A DNA stretch of 64,000 nucleotides, taken from assembly GCA_045862955.1 (NCBI GenBank), contig BTVI01000020.1, positions 1-64,000 of the forward strand, in the 5' to 3' direction. The stretch is from Fimbriimonadales bacterium (GTDB lineage Bacteria > Armatimonadota > Fimbriimonadia > Fimbriimonadales > JABRVX01). Shown here piece by piece: positions 50,812 through 60,736 of this stretch. The stretch's first letter is position 1. Every line of letters begins with the position of its first letter. The translations under genes and the position numbers were made by a program. A model generated the notes under the pieces. That model saw nothing but the letters and a program-made list of their open reading frames with translations, did not search any database and was not told the DNA's origin.

Positions 50812-52516
50812 TCCATGCCCCCGGCCCGGGTCCGCCGACCAGCAGCTGCCCACGGCATGGCTCGAACCCAAGGACCGCGCCGGGGCACGGCGGCTCATAC
50901 GCGGGCCAGGGCAGCGGGGGGGTAGTGTCTCTCCCTCCCTCTCCCCCGTTCGCGGGGGAGAGGGTTGGGGTGAGGGGGGCATCACCAGCCCCTGGCTTTC
51001 GGCGCCTCGACGTTCGGCTGCTCGGGGGGTCGCTGGGCGAGAGCGTGGCGGCAGAAGGCAGCCGAAACGTCTAGGCATGGAAAGGGGTGAGGGATATGAG
51101 ACGGATATGCACGTGCCCTTTGCCAGTGGTGCGGGCATACAACATGCCCTTTGCCGCGTCATGCTGAATGTCTAGGCATGGAACTACGTGAGGTGAGGGA
51201 TGTGAGGATGCTCTTTGTCACGTCATGCTGAGCCTGTCGAAGCATGCGCTCGCTGCTGCCAAGCGGTGGACGCGGGCCAGGGCAGCGGGGGGTGTCTCCC
51301 TCCCTCTCCCCCGTTCCCGGGGGAGAGGGTTGGGGTGAGGGGGGCATCACCAGCCCCTGGCTTTCGGCGCCTCGACGTTCGGCTGCTCGGGAGGTCGCTG
51401 GGCGAGAGCTTGGTGGCTAACGACAGCCGAAACGTCTAGGCATGGGATCTCCCCTCCCTCTCCCCCGTTCCCGGGGGAGAGGGTTGGGGTGAGGGGGGCA
51501 TCACCAGCCCTTGGGTTTCGGTGCCTCGACGTTCGGCTGCTCGGGGGGTCGCTGGGCGAGAGCTTGGTGGCAGACGGCAGCCGAAACGTCTAGGCATGGA
51601 AAAACGTCTAGGCGGGGACGTGCGGCCGGCGGTCTCATGCTTCGACAGGCTCAGCTGACGTAACCAGTGACCCATCATCTGCGGTTGATGAGGGCATACA
51701 AACGTCGGTGCCTCGACGTTCGGCTGCTCGGGGGGTCGCTGGGTGGGAGCGTGGCGGCAGAAGGCAGCCGAAACGTCTAGGCATGGACCCTCACCACTGC
51801 AAGGGGTGAGGGATATGAGAGGGATATGCACGTGCCCTTTGCCACGTCATGCTGAGCTTGTCGAAGCATGCATCGGTGAGCGCCAGAGGCAGCTACTGAA
51901 TTCGAGAACGTGCGGCCGGCGGTCCCATGCTTCGACAGGCTCAGCATGACGTCGCTAGTGACCCTTCCTTCGCAAGTGGTGAGAGCATACAACATGCCCT
52001 TTGCCGCGTCATGCTGAACGTCTAGGCATGGAACTGCGTGAGGTGAGGGATGTGAGGATGCTCTTTGTCACGTCATGCTGAGCCTGTCGAAGCATGCACT
52101 CGCTGCTGCCAAGCGGTGGACGCGGGCCGGGGCATATACAAACGTCTGGGGATGGAATATGGGAACGCGGGCCGGGGCAGCTGGGGGTAGTCTCTCCCTC
52201 CCTCTCCCCCGTTCCCGGGGGAGAGGGTTGGGGTGAGGGGGGGCATCACCAGCCCCTGGCTTTGGGTGCCTCGACGTTCGGCTGCTCGGAGAGCCGCTGG
52301 ACGAGAGCGTGGTGGCAGACGGCAGCCGAAACGTCTAGGCATGGAACCTCACCACTGCAAGGGGTGAGGGATATGAAAGCCTTGAGGGATATGCACGTGC
52401 CCTTTGCCACGTCATGCTGAGCTTGTCGAAGCATGCATCGGTGAGCGCCAGAGGCACCTACTGAATTCGGGAACGTGCGGCCGGCGGTCCCATGCTTCGA
52501 CAGGTTCAGCATGACG
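50812..52516. repeat. Large composite REP-like cluster
   Basis: Multiple GTCATGCTGAG(C/T)TGTCGAAGCATG, AAACGTCTAGGCATGG and CCCTCTCCCCC...GGGTTGGGGTGAGGG modules, with internal duplications. Confidence 0.9.
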
Positions 52517-52941
52517 TTGACCACGCGTCGAACGTGGCTCCGCCTTCCGACGGGCTACCCGCTCCGGTACATCTGGCTCGCGCTGCTTGCTCGCCTGAAC
52601 CTCTGAGCCACCGCCTTTTCGGAACACGCACGGGACCGGCCCTTACGGCGGCCACGTTCGCCTACACAGCCCTACATGCGGTGAGATGGGTTACAGAATG
52701 AGGTGCTGTGCATCCGTGGCTCGCCAGGCGCCTGGCGAAAACCGCCCGGTCGACCGCTACCACCCTTCCCGACACCCCGTCAACCCGCCTCCACCGCCGA
52801 TGGGCAGTTTTCGTGAATAATGCGGGCTAGGGGCGTTCCGAGTCAGGAATACGGAATGACCCTGGCGAGCGCCGGGGTCATTCATGTTTGCTAGCGCTAG
52901 CAGGGCCGAGCCCTCGCTAGCGAGCGGTCTGCCTCGCAAGG

Positions 52942-54123
52942 CTAGAACATCCAGTTGATCTCGAACAAGAGTTGCTGTACCGACGAGCCACCTTGGGTCT
53001 TCGTATCGGTGCCTTCGAGCGCCATCCGCCCCATTCCAGGTAGACGATAAGAGACCCCTAACGTGACTCCCGTTTTGCGAGGGGCAGATGCAAGGTCGGC
53101 CAGGAAGTTGTCGTATCTGCCATAGAAAGTGAAGTCATCGTTGGCGATCCAAGCTCCCTCGAGGTAGTAGCCTTCGGGATTGCGGGTACCACCTGTCTGG
53201 ATGTCATTCTCACCGCGCATCCACGCGCCACTGAACTCGAAGTTGTCACGAACGAACGAGCCCAACACTCCGTATCGGACGAAGTTGTCCTCCCATGCGG
53301 GCGGACCAGCGATCGGGTACTTGCCAGTATAGCCGTAGATTCCGACGCTGCTGCCGTAGTCATCGAATTCCTTCTCGAACGTGGCGAACAGGTCCTTGAA
53401 GTTATTCGCTTCCCTTTGGTTCGGTCGGGAGTTCCCGCCACCGCCGTTCACGATTCCGAACTCGGCAATGAACGCCTCGGGAGTGACAAAGCCAGCGGTG
53501 ATACCGTAGAAGCGGTCGCGCGGCGTGAACAGGTTGCCGCCACCAACAGTGTCGTTGATAATCCTGGGCCTACTCAAGGTAGTTCGAGCCCCTGCGCTCG
53601 CCTGATGGATTATACGAGGCGTGATCTGCCCTGCTCGAGCGAACCAGAAGCTGTCACCCATGGGATTGCTGTTATAGAGCAGATATGCCTCTGCTAGCTT
53701 AGATCGCGTAGCAGTGTTCAGCTGCGTTCCATCGGCTGCGGTTTCCTTACCGCGCTCGTGCAGGTAGATCTCGAAGAAGTAGCTGAAGTTGTCGACGAGA
53801 GGGCCACCCGAGTAGATGGAGAGCGCCTCAACGTCGAACTCCGTAGATGGATCGGCATCCTTGTCCGCGTAGAAGCGGAACTTGCTCGCGAACGACGTGT
53901 AGTTGGTAATGTGGACGTCACTCAGGTCCTTGATGCCTTCGTCGTCCTTTGCCCGGTGCCCTCGTAGCCAGAAGTCCTTACCGACTTTCGTCAGACGGAA
54001 GGTGCTGCCGAAATGGCAACTCGAGCAGTCCATGTCGTACCTCCGCGCCCATGCCGGGATGGCGTCTGCCGGAGGTGATGTGAAAGGAATGATTGCCACC
54101 GCGACGGCAGCGGCGGCGGCCAT
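52942..54123 (-). CDS. Putative outer-membrane beta-barrel with N-terminal CxxCH (IPAFAR-type)
   Basis: ADA|IPAWARRYDMDCSSCH; alternating beta-strand pattern; C-terminal Phe (INWMF). Confidence 0.7.
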   Translation of the reverse strand: MAAAAAVAVAIIPFTSPPADAIPAWARRYDMDCSSCHFGSTFRLTKVGKDFWLRGHRAKDDEGIKDLSDVHITNYTSFASKFRFYADKDADPSTEFDVEALSIYSGGPLVDNFSYFFEIYLHERGKETAADGTQLNTATRSKLAEAYLLYNSNPMGDSFWFARAGQITPRIIHQASAGARTTLSRPRIINDTVGGGNLFTPRDRFYGITAGFVTPEAFIAEFGIVNGGGGNSRPNQREANNFKDLFATFEKEFDDYGSSVGIYGYTGKYPIAGPPAWEDNFVRYGVLGSFVRDNFEFSGAWMRGENDIQTGGTRNPEGYYLEGAWIANDDFTFYGRYDNFLADLASAPRKTGVTLGVSYRLPGMGRMALEGTDTKTQGGSSVQQLLFEINWMF

Positions 54124-54212
54124 CGCGGCGCTCCTCGATGTGAGTTTCGTTGGTTGTGGTCCTCCTTAACCAGCTTGTTAGGGGAGCGCGTCGGGGCGCT
54201 CACTGCTTCTTG

Positions 54213-54548
54213 CTATTTGCTCTTCGGGTCGCCGGGCATTTTGCCCGCCTTGATCTCCGCAAGGTTCTTGACGCCGTCCCCGTCCGAGTCGGCATCGTTG
54301 AGCTTCTTCAGGATGTCCGCGGTCAACTTCTTGCCTTTGTCGGCCTTAACGAGTTTGTCCAGCGCCTGTCCATAAGGGTTCAGCTTCTTGGTCATCCCCA
54401 CGTGGCAAACGGCGCACTTCGCCTTCGCGAGAGCGGAATCCTTAGGAATGGCGTAGGTGTCGGAGAACAGTTTGACGTACGCGGGCAGGCAGAAAGCGCT
54501 GACTACCCAAAGTAGCAGGACTGCCGCGAGAGTGAGTCTCTTGGTCAT
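54213..54548 (-). CDS. Small monoheme cytochrome c with DSDGDG motif
   Basis: Signal peptide; CAVCH; LNPYG; ADSDGDGVKNLAEI. Confidence 0.75.
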   Translation of the reverse strand: MTKRLTLAAVLLLWVVSAFCLPAYVKLFSDTYAIPKDSALAKAKCAVCHVGMTKKLNPYGQALDKLVKADKGKKLTADILKKLNDADSDGDGVKNLAEIKAGKMPGDPKSK

Positions 54549-54631
54549 TCAGTACCCTCACTTTTTCCGGATATCGATAAACCTCGCACAACCTTTCTCT
54601 GAGCCATCCAAACATGCCATGGCCCCGAACA

Positions 54632-54707
54632 TTGTGAAAAGTTGCACTATTTAGTGATACCCTGACCTTATGGTGACATTCTATGCGTCCAGAGCCCGCC
54701 TTGTCAA
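54632..54707 (-). promoter_or_regulatory. Sigma70 promoter TTGACA-18-TAGAAT with a downstream Rex-like box
   Basis: -35 at 54707-54702, -10 at 54683-54678; TTGTGAAAAGTTGCACTA at 54632-54649 versus TTGTGAA-N4-TTCACAA. Confidence 0.55.
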
Positions 54708-54743
54708 GTACCAGAATACCATCTTCTCCGATGGGGCGTTAGG

Positions 54744-55985
54744 TCACACGCCGGCTTCGTTGGTCCGCTCAGTCAGGGGCGGGCCTGGCGGAATGATGCG
54801 ACCGAGGATGGAGAACAGCACGAAGGGCATGAGCATTACCAGGAGTGCGCCGGTCAAGCCCTCGCGGAACGTGTCGAGGTTGTGGGGCACGATCGGCAGC
54901 TTGTACTCCATGTACCCCGAGAAGGTGAGGGAGAAAGCCTGACCGCCGATTACCACGTTCCAGCGCATCATGAATTCGCCGAGCAGCACGAGGAGGAGGC
55001 TGAGGATAGCGCGTCGCGTCGTGAGGTTCGGAGTCAAGAGCAATAAGAGCGGCAGGATGCCTCCCAGGCCGTATTGAACGACGAAGATGTTCACGAAGTC
55101 CCGGCCGTAGATTACGCTGCGCACGACGTCCCAGGTCTTCACCGCTGTGTAACCACGGAACACGAGGTCGAGCACCTCGAGGCTCATTGCGAACACCATA
55201 AACAGCAACAGATAGCGGGCTGTCGAGCGTACCACCTCGAGGCTGCCGTCATCGCCATGGGGACGTCTCTGCGTCGTCCGCGAGATCCACTGCCAGCCAA
55301 TGTAGGTGAGCATAGAGAGCGCAATGCCCGAGACGACTGCGGACATGATAAAGATCACGGGCATTAGGGGGGTCATCCACAGCGCGTTCGCTTTGACCGA
55401 GCCGAAGATGAAGCCCGCGTACCCGTGGAGGAAGCCTGCGACCGGAATCCCAACTGCGGCGAGCACCCGTACCGCCTTGGCGTCGCGAGAGCGTGCTTCC
55501 TCGCTCACATCGAGGGCGCCGAGTGTGAGGACGTTCAGAAGCAAGATGCGCATCGTAACGCCAAGCGAGCGATTCGGGTAGGCACGGAGTCGAGCCAGCG
55601 TGGCGACCCAGTGACAACGATAGATCAGCCACAGCTCCATAGCTACCAGTGCGCCGTAGGCGGAAAACACGATTCCGAACGCAGCAATGGCGGAGGTGAA
55701 GTGAGGTGTGAGGAACACGTTTAGGCTGCGCAGGGGTTGCTGCAGATGAAAGATCAGTGGCAAGGGAGCGACGAGTAGCAAGCTGAACGAGAAGACGAGG
55801 GAGAATCTCGCGATCTCTTTGAGTCGCGTGACGCCGAACACATGATAGAGGGACGATAGCACGAATGCGCCTGCTACGAGTCCGGTCATGAACGGGTACA
55901 TGACGATCTGGATACTCCAGTAGATGAACTCGTTAGGATAGACGAACAGGTCCTTGACGGTCCATGCCTCTCCGTGAGCTAGCAT
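54744..55985 (-). CDS. NrfD/PsrC-family membrane quinol oxidoreductase subunit (CbcU-like)
   Basis: YPFMTGLVAGAF, HL.QP.R, LHGYAGFIFG, MRWNVVIGGQ. Confidence 0.88.
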   Translation of the reverse strand: MLAHGEAWTVKDLFVYPNEFIYWSIQIVMYPFMTGLVAGAFVLSSLYHVFGVTRLKEIARFSLVFSFSLLLVAPLPLIFHLQQPLRSLNVFLTPHFTSAIAAFGIVFSAYGALVAMELWLIYRCHWVATLARLRAYPNRSLGVTMRILLLNVLTLGALDVSEEARSRDAKAVRVLAAVGIPVAGFLHGYAGFIFGSVKANALWMTPLMPVIFIMSAVVSGIALSMLTYIGWQWISRTTQRRPHGDDGSLEVVRSTARYLLLFMVFAMSLEVLDLVFRGYTAVKTWDVVRSVIYGRDFVNIFVVQYGLGGILPLLLLLTPNLTTRRAILSLLLVLLGEFMMRWNVVIGGQAFSLTFSGYMEYKLPIVPHNLDTFREGLTGALLVMLMPFVLFSILGRIIPPGPPLTERTNEAGV

Positions 55986-56767
55986 CAGCGAACCTCCCGA
56001 CTCAGCCCTCTATAGTAGACCTGCGGTTCACAGCCATATTCTTCCTTGAGCCTCATGAGCCGCTCCGTCCGGACTGCCCGGGTCAGAGGGTCCTCCGGGT
56101 CCTCCAGGTTGCCTATCATGCGCGCCCCGAAAGCGCAGGCTTCCACGCAAGCGGGCTGCATGCCCTTAGCGAGCCGGTGATTGCAGAACGTGCACTTCTC
56201 GGCAACCTTATACTTCGGATGGAAGAAACGGGCGCCGTACGGACAAGCCATGATGCAGTACCCGCATCCGATGCAGGTTTCTCGATCCACGAGCGCAATC
56301 CCCTCCGCAGTTTGATACGTGGCGCCAACGGGGCACACTTGGACGCACGGTGGGTTCTCGCACTGATTACATAGTTTGGGGACGAAGAATGCCTTCGCCA
56401 CCTGATCATCGGGGATGTCGCGCGTGTGCCCCTTCCCCAGGCTGATGCTCGATGTCAGGAAGCCCTCCTGACCTGCATGGGGTGTATCGGCAAACACCTT
56501 CCCGTCCTTCGTCACGACGTAGCGTTCGATCCATGTACGGGAGACCGAGGCGTCCAGCGGCACACCGTTTTCCAGTTTGCAGGCCTGCACGCACATCCCG
56601 CACCCGACGCATTTCTCTGTATCCACGAGGAATGCGTACCGGACTCCGGTTTTTCGTGCCCTCGGTGCCTTCCGCCGCTTGCTCGAGAGCAGAGCGAGTG
56701 TGGCTCCGGGTGCCGCCACGACTGCCAACAACCTGAGCGAAGCTGCTATGAAGTCTCGTCTCGTCAT
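55985..56767 (-). CDS. NrfC-like 4x[4Fe-4S] protein with Tat signal (CbcT-like)
   Basis: TRRDFI; CVGCGMCVQAC, CNQCENPPCVQVC, CIGCGYCIMAC, CTFC...C...C. Confidence 0.9.
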   Translation of the reverse strand: MTRRDFIAASLRLLAVVAAPGATLALLSSKRRKAPRARKTGVRYAFLVDTEKCVGCGMCVQACKLENGVPLDASVSRTWIERYVVTKDGKVFADTPHAGQEGFLTSSISLGKGHTRDIPDDQVAKAFFVPKLCNQCENPPCVQVCPVGATYQTAEGIALVDRETCIGCGYCIMACPYGARFFHPKYKVAEKCTFCNHRLAKGMQPACVEACAFGARMIGNLEDPEDPLTRAVRTERLMRLKEEYGCEPQVYYRGLSREVR

Positions 56768-56777
56768 TGGATTTCCC

Positions 56778-57239
56778 TCACAGTGTGGCTTGGTGCGGGT
56801 CGTGGCAAGTCGCGCACTCCTCTCCTGGGTTGTGTTCGTCGGGCCGGATCCCTTTCAGCCGGCCCCGTAGGCTCGTCCCGTAGGGGAGCCTGAAGTGACA
56901 TCTTAGGCACAGATTCGGATTTCGGTCGAGTGGCAGCTTGGGAGGTGCATCCGGGTGTTCGCCTGCCGGACCGTGGCAGTTCTCGCAGCTAACTGCGGCG
57001 TGGGGCGACTGGTGCAGGGAGGAAACCTTTTCCTGGTGACAGGAGGCGCAGTACTTCGGGCCGCGATATCGAATCGGTCTCTCTTCCTACTGCGTCTCGT
57101 TGCCCAGCCGATGCCACGAGTACATGTATCCTCTGGGGCCGGTACTGAAGTCAGGAGAAACCATTGCGTATTGGGCTAGAAAAACCAACGCGACGACAGC
57201 CGAGATCACGTAGAGAGGCCTGAACAGGTGGTACTTCAC
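56778..57239 (-). pseudogene. Tetraheme cytochrome c (CbcS-like) interrupted by in-frame TAG at codon 51
   Basis: GGAGGAG RBS, GTG start; MKYHLFRPLYV...GYMYSWHRLGNETQ*EERPIRYRGPKY then CASCH, CENCH, CLRCH, CATCH; TAG at 57087-57089. Confidence 0.8.
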
Positions 57240-57523
57240 ATTACGCTCCTCCCGAACTCGCAATTACCGCGCCGGGGAAACGTCACGGACTCCCCTATCA
57301 GACTGTCTGACTAGAGGACGCCGTAATGGTATTGTCCTAAGCTCATGACTCACAACCGACCGTGCCAGCCGTGCGAGACGTTCCGAAACATGCGGTACGC
57401 GCCGTCCATGCGGCCAGCCCTTTGCGAATATGATACTAACTACCAAATGCTCAACCGGACGTCAACGCTGCTGCTCGGATCGCAGTCAGCCGAATCCTTC
57501 GGATGCATGGCCGGTCCCAGGTG

Positions 57524-58942
57524 CTAGCGCTGGGGAGCATCTGCCTCCGCCTGCGGCCCAGACAGCATCTCTGGCTCGGTGTGACAGAGCGAGCAGTCAC
57601 CGGAGAGAGTTTCTCCCTTGTGCATTCCGGAAGCAGCCACCAACACCCCGTGGCATCGGTCGCAGCCCTCGTGAGTCTGCAGGTCGGGCTGCATGCCGGG
57701 ATACACTTTCATCTTCGGGAACGCCGTTCCTTTGTAGAGCTGCGCGAGCTTTCTCGCTGCCAGCGCAATCTGCTCCCTGTACTCTTCGAAGATCGCCGGG
57801 TACTCGGTCCGATAGCGCTCCGGGATCGCTTGGAGGGCACCCAGCACCTTGCGCTGCTGCGCCTCCGTGATGGGGCCATCTATGGGCGGGGCGGCGTCCA
57901 TCGCCATCTTCTTGATCCATGGGATCTTGCGCGAGATCTCACCCCGTGTCATCGCGTCGTCTACCAGTCGCTCGAAGGGCTCGAAACGGTGCGCAGAGCG
58001 GTTGTGGCAGTCTACGCAGTCCATCTTACGGACACCTCGCGCCTTCGGACCAGCGTCCTCCGGCACCTCACCGCCCTCGGGCACCCAGAGTACGGTCGAG
58101 CCGTCAACCTTCTGCTCGTATACCCACGCCATCTCCATGCGCTTGTCGTCCTTCGGCATGTAATACACTTGCTTCTCGATGTGACTGTGGATACCCGAGG
58201 ACTGCGCGGCATGGCTGCCCACTCGCAGGGTGATACGTGTTAGGTTGATGGTATTGTGTTCGTCGGGATCGAAGGTGTACACGGACTTGACCACATCGCC
58301 GAAGAAGCGCTGCGGCCAGTGACACACCTCACATACGTCCCGTGCTGGGCGCAAGTCCTTCACGGGCGACGGAATCGGGCGTTGATAGGTATTCGTCACG
58401 AAGTGGATGGTCTGACGAAGTCCCGACAGCTTCTGGCGAAACAACCATGGGAGACCGGGGCCGATGTGACAGTCCACGCAGGGCACACGTGCATGGGACG
58501 ACCGCAGATAGGCGACGTACTCGGGTTCCATTACGGTGTGGCACGCCTCGCCGCAGAACTTCGGGGTCTCCATGAAGTGGCTGCCGCGATACGCAGCCGC
58601 CGCGAGAGCCAGACCGATCATCGCAGTGGTTGCGCCGAAGAACCACGCCCTGCGCCGCACGACAGGGTCATTGAAATCAAAGCTGAAGTAGGGGTCTACC
58701 TGCTTGCCGATTTTGCGCTCGTATAGGTGATGAGAGCGGGCTCCGAGCGGTACCAGGACGAGGCCCAGGACGAGCACGAGAGGAACTAGCATGTAGGTTA
58801 TGATGCTGACATAGGGGTTAGTGATCTGACCCGCGACGTCGAGTCCAACCAGTAGCAATAGCAGTGCAAGGCTGGAGAAGACTAGCACGGCTCCGGTTGT
58901 CGTCACTCGGTTCCTACCGAACGCTTCGAATACTCGCTTCAT
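57524..58942 (-). CDS. NapC/NirT-type membrane multiheme cytochrome c (~6 hemes)
   Basis: Three TM; CGEACH, CVDCH, CEVCH, CVDCH, CDRCH, CSLCH. Confidence 0.88.
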   Translation of the reverse strand: MKRVFEAFGRNRVTTTGAVLVFSSLALLLLLVGLDVAGQITNPYVSIITYMLVPLVLVLGLVLVPLGARSHHLYERKIGKQVDPYFSFDFNDPVVRRRAWFFGATTAMIGLALAAAAYRGSHFMETPKFCGEACHTVMEPEYVAYLRSSHARVPCVDCHIGPGLPWLFRQKLSGLRQTIHFVTNTYQRPIPSPVKDLRPARDVCEVCHWPQRFFGDVVKSVYTFDPDEHNTINLTRITLRVGSHAAQSSGIHSHIEKQVYYMPKDDKRMEMAWVYEQKVDGSTVLWVPEGGEVPEDAGPKARGVRKMDCVDCHNRSAHRFEPFERLVDDAMTRGEISRKIPWIKKMAMDAAPPIDGPITEAQQRKVLGALQAIPERYRTEYPAIFEEYREQIALAARKLAQLYKGTAFPKMKVYPGMQPDLQTHEGCDRCHGVLVAASGMHKGETLSGDCSLCHTEPEMLSGPQAEADAPQR

Positions 58943-59004
58943 TTTCCTTCCAAGACCTTGGTATGGAGGCGCGCTGGTGCTCCACCGAAACCGAGCCGAC
59001 GCGT

Positions 59005-60606
59005 CTAGGCATGGTCGTGTTCGCGGCGGAGTTCTTCCTCCGTAATACGCCCTATTATCATTTTGGCTGCGAACGGGGTGTACAGGGGGCTTAGCAAAGT
59101 CGTATAGATGTGCCAGACGATGATCGCTCCCGCCGCGAGGACCGCTTCATCGCTGTGAGCGATGTACGCGATGGCAAAGCCCAGCTCACCCAACCTTCCT
59201 CCCAGGTGGACCGGGTACCATAACACCAGACCCGAGAACGCCATGATAGGCAGGCCCCAGAATACCGCCCAGTAGCCGAACTTGGCACGGAAGCTGAATC
59301 GCCCGAACTTGGGTGGGTCTTCGCGAAGGCCGAGGTAGAAGCGCGCAGTCTCGATGAAGTCAGTCAGGTCGCGACGATTCGGCAGCATCGGAATGCGTCG
59401 GATCGAGTAGTTGATCCGCTTCCAGGTCCATAGCAGATAGACGATGTGGACCACGAACATCGCGATCATCACGATGCCCGCGCCACGGTGGATCAACCGC
59501 GCCGACTGCAGTCCCCCTAATAGGCCGTAGAGCGAGCGCAGCCAACCGACCTCCGGGAAGCGCAGTGGCAGCCCGGTCCCGACCAGCAAAAAGAAGGACG
59601 CAGCGAAGATCCAGTGCTGGATGCGTTGCCACGGCGTGAACCACAGATACGTTCGTTCCTGCGCCTGCGCGGCCTCTCCCTTAGTCAGCGACTGACGGAA
59701 ACGCCGCCATGCGAGACGGATGCCCACCCGAGCATCCAGAATGACCGACAAGAACAGCGCGGCGAGAACCGACCAGGTGAGTACCGTGAAGAACCCGACC
59801 TCCGCCCGGAGAACCGGACTCTGCTCGATCTTGAGGTCGAGGTGATTTGCGCCGGAGACGGCAAAGGCCGACGGAGCGCCGGGATGGCACTTGGCACACA
59901 CCTGTGTGACCTTCTTGGGCTGCACGGGAGAACGGGGGTCCGATGGCGAGAACACGGCGTGGTATCCGTGGCAGTCACTGCACACCGCGGTCTTGTCCGA
60001 TCCATAGGAGATGGCCTTACCGTGAAAGCTCCGCGTATACGACATGGCGGCATCGGTCGTTGCGCCGTGCGCCGCCATCAGCTTCGAATCGGAGTGGCAG
60101 TCGAAACATAGCGCGAGTTTGTCCTTGCGCGGTACCCCCGTCAGGCTCGCGATGGTGTGCGGATTGCCTCCGTGGCAGGAGATGCAGGTCGGCTTGCCGG
60201 CGGTCGGTGAGTCCGACAGCGCGTGGACACTGATGGCGAACTCCTCGTTGACGTCCGAGTGACAGTCGGCACAGTTGGGCAGCGTCATCTCGGCCAGGAC
60301 GTGCGGCAGCTTCTCGGCGCCCGGGTGGCAGTCTAGACACGCCGCGTCTCTATGGACGCTTCGGGCGAAGGCCGCGCCGTCTACGTAGAGCGAGCGCGTG
60401 GTGTCTTTCTCCGGGTCGCGGACGACGAAGCCGCTGCCGCCGTGGCACTGAAGGCAGTCCGCATTCGTCTCGGCCACCGTCAGACCGGTGCCTCGCTCAC
60501 CCTGTGCCCCTCCGAGCGTGGCAAGGAGACCCACGCCCAGGATGGCCCCGACGCCGACCAGCAGACTCCACGATCTCCGTGTTTTAACAGCATTCAGCAG
60601 TCGCAT
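59005..60606 (-). CDS. Multiheme cytochrome c / cytochrome b fusion (CbcL-like)
   Basis: Seven CxxCH motifs, then a di-heme cyt b domain (QRIQHW, LIHR, AHSDEA, VWHIY). Confidence 0.85.
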   Translation of the reverse strand: MRLLNAVKTRRSWSLLVGVGAILGVGLLATLGGAQGERGTGLTVAETNADCLQCHGGSGFVVRDPEKDTTRSLYVDGAAFARSVHRDAACLDCHPGAEKLPHVLAEMTLPNCADCHSDVNEEFAISVHALSDSPTAGKPTCISCHGGNPHTIASLTGVPRKDKLALCFDCHSDSKLMAAHGATTDAAMSYTRSFHGKAISYGSDKTAVCSDCHGYHAVFSPSDPRSPVQPKKVTQVCAKCHPGAPSAFAVSGANHLDLKIEQSPVLRAEVGFFTVLTWSVLAALFLSVILDARVGIRLAWRRFRQSLTKGEAAQAQERTYLWFTPWQRIQHWIFAASFFLLVGTGLPLRFPEVGWLRSLYGLLGGLQSARLIHRGAGIVMIAMFVVHIVYLLWTWKRINYSIRRIPMLPNRRDLTDFIETARFYLGLREDPPKFGRFSFRAKFGYWAVFWGLPIMAFSGLVLWYPVHLGGRLGELGFAIAYIAHSDEAVLAAGAIIVWHIYTTLLSPLYTPFAAKMIIGRITEEELRREHDHA

Positions 60607-60736
60607 TCCGTGCCCTGGCCGGCGCTCGGCGCCGGTCCCTCGCCATTCTGCAGCGGAACCGTCATTCCTGCTTCGTGCAAAGCTGCACAGGCTGATCCGG
60701 ACCGGCATGCGTCCGACAATGACGATGAGGACGCCT

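Noticed and set aside
52755..52925. Hairpins and a GTCAACC motif suggesting an IS200/IS605 end or omega-RNA
   Set aside because: No TnpB/IscB/TnpA gene nearby; the hairpins are adequately explained as terminators of the porin-like gene.
57087..57089. Genome-wide TAG recoding
   Set aside because: TAG acts as a normal stop for many genes here (e.g. pstS, argG, argB, sdhB).
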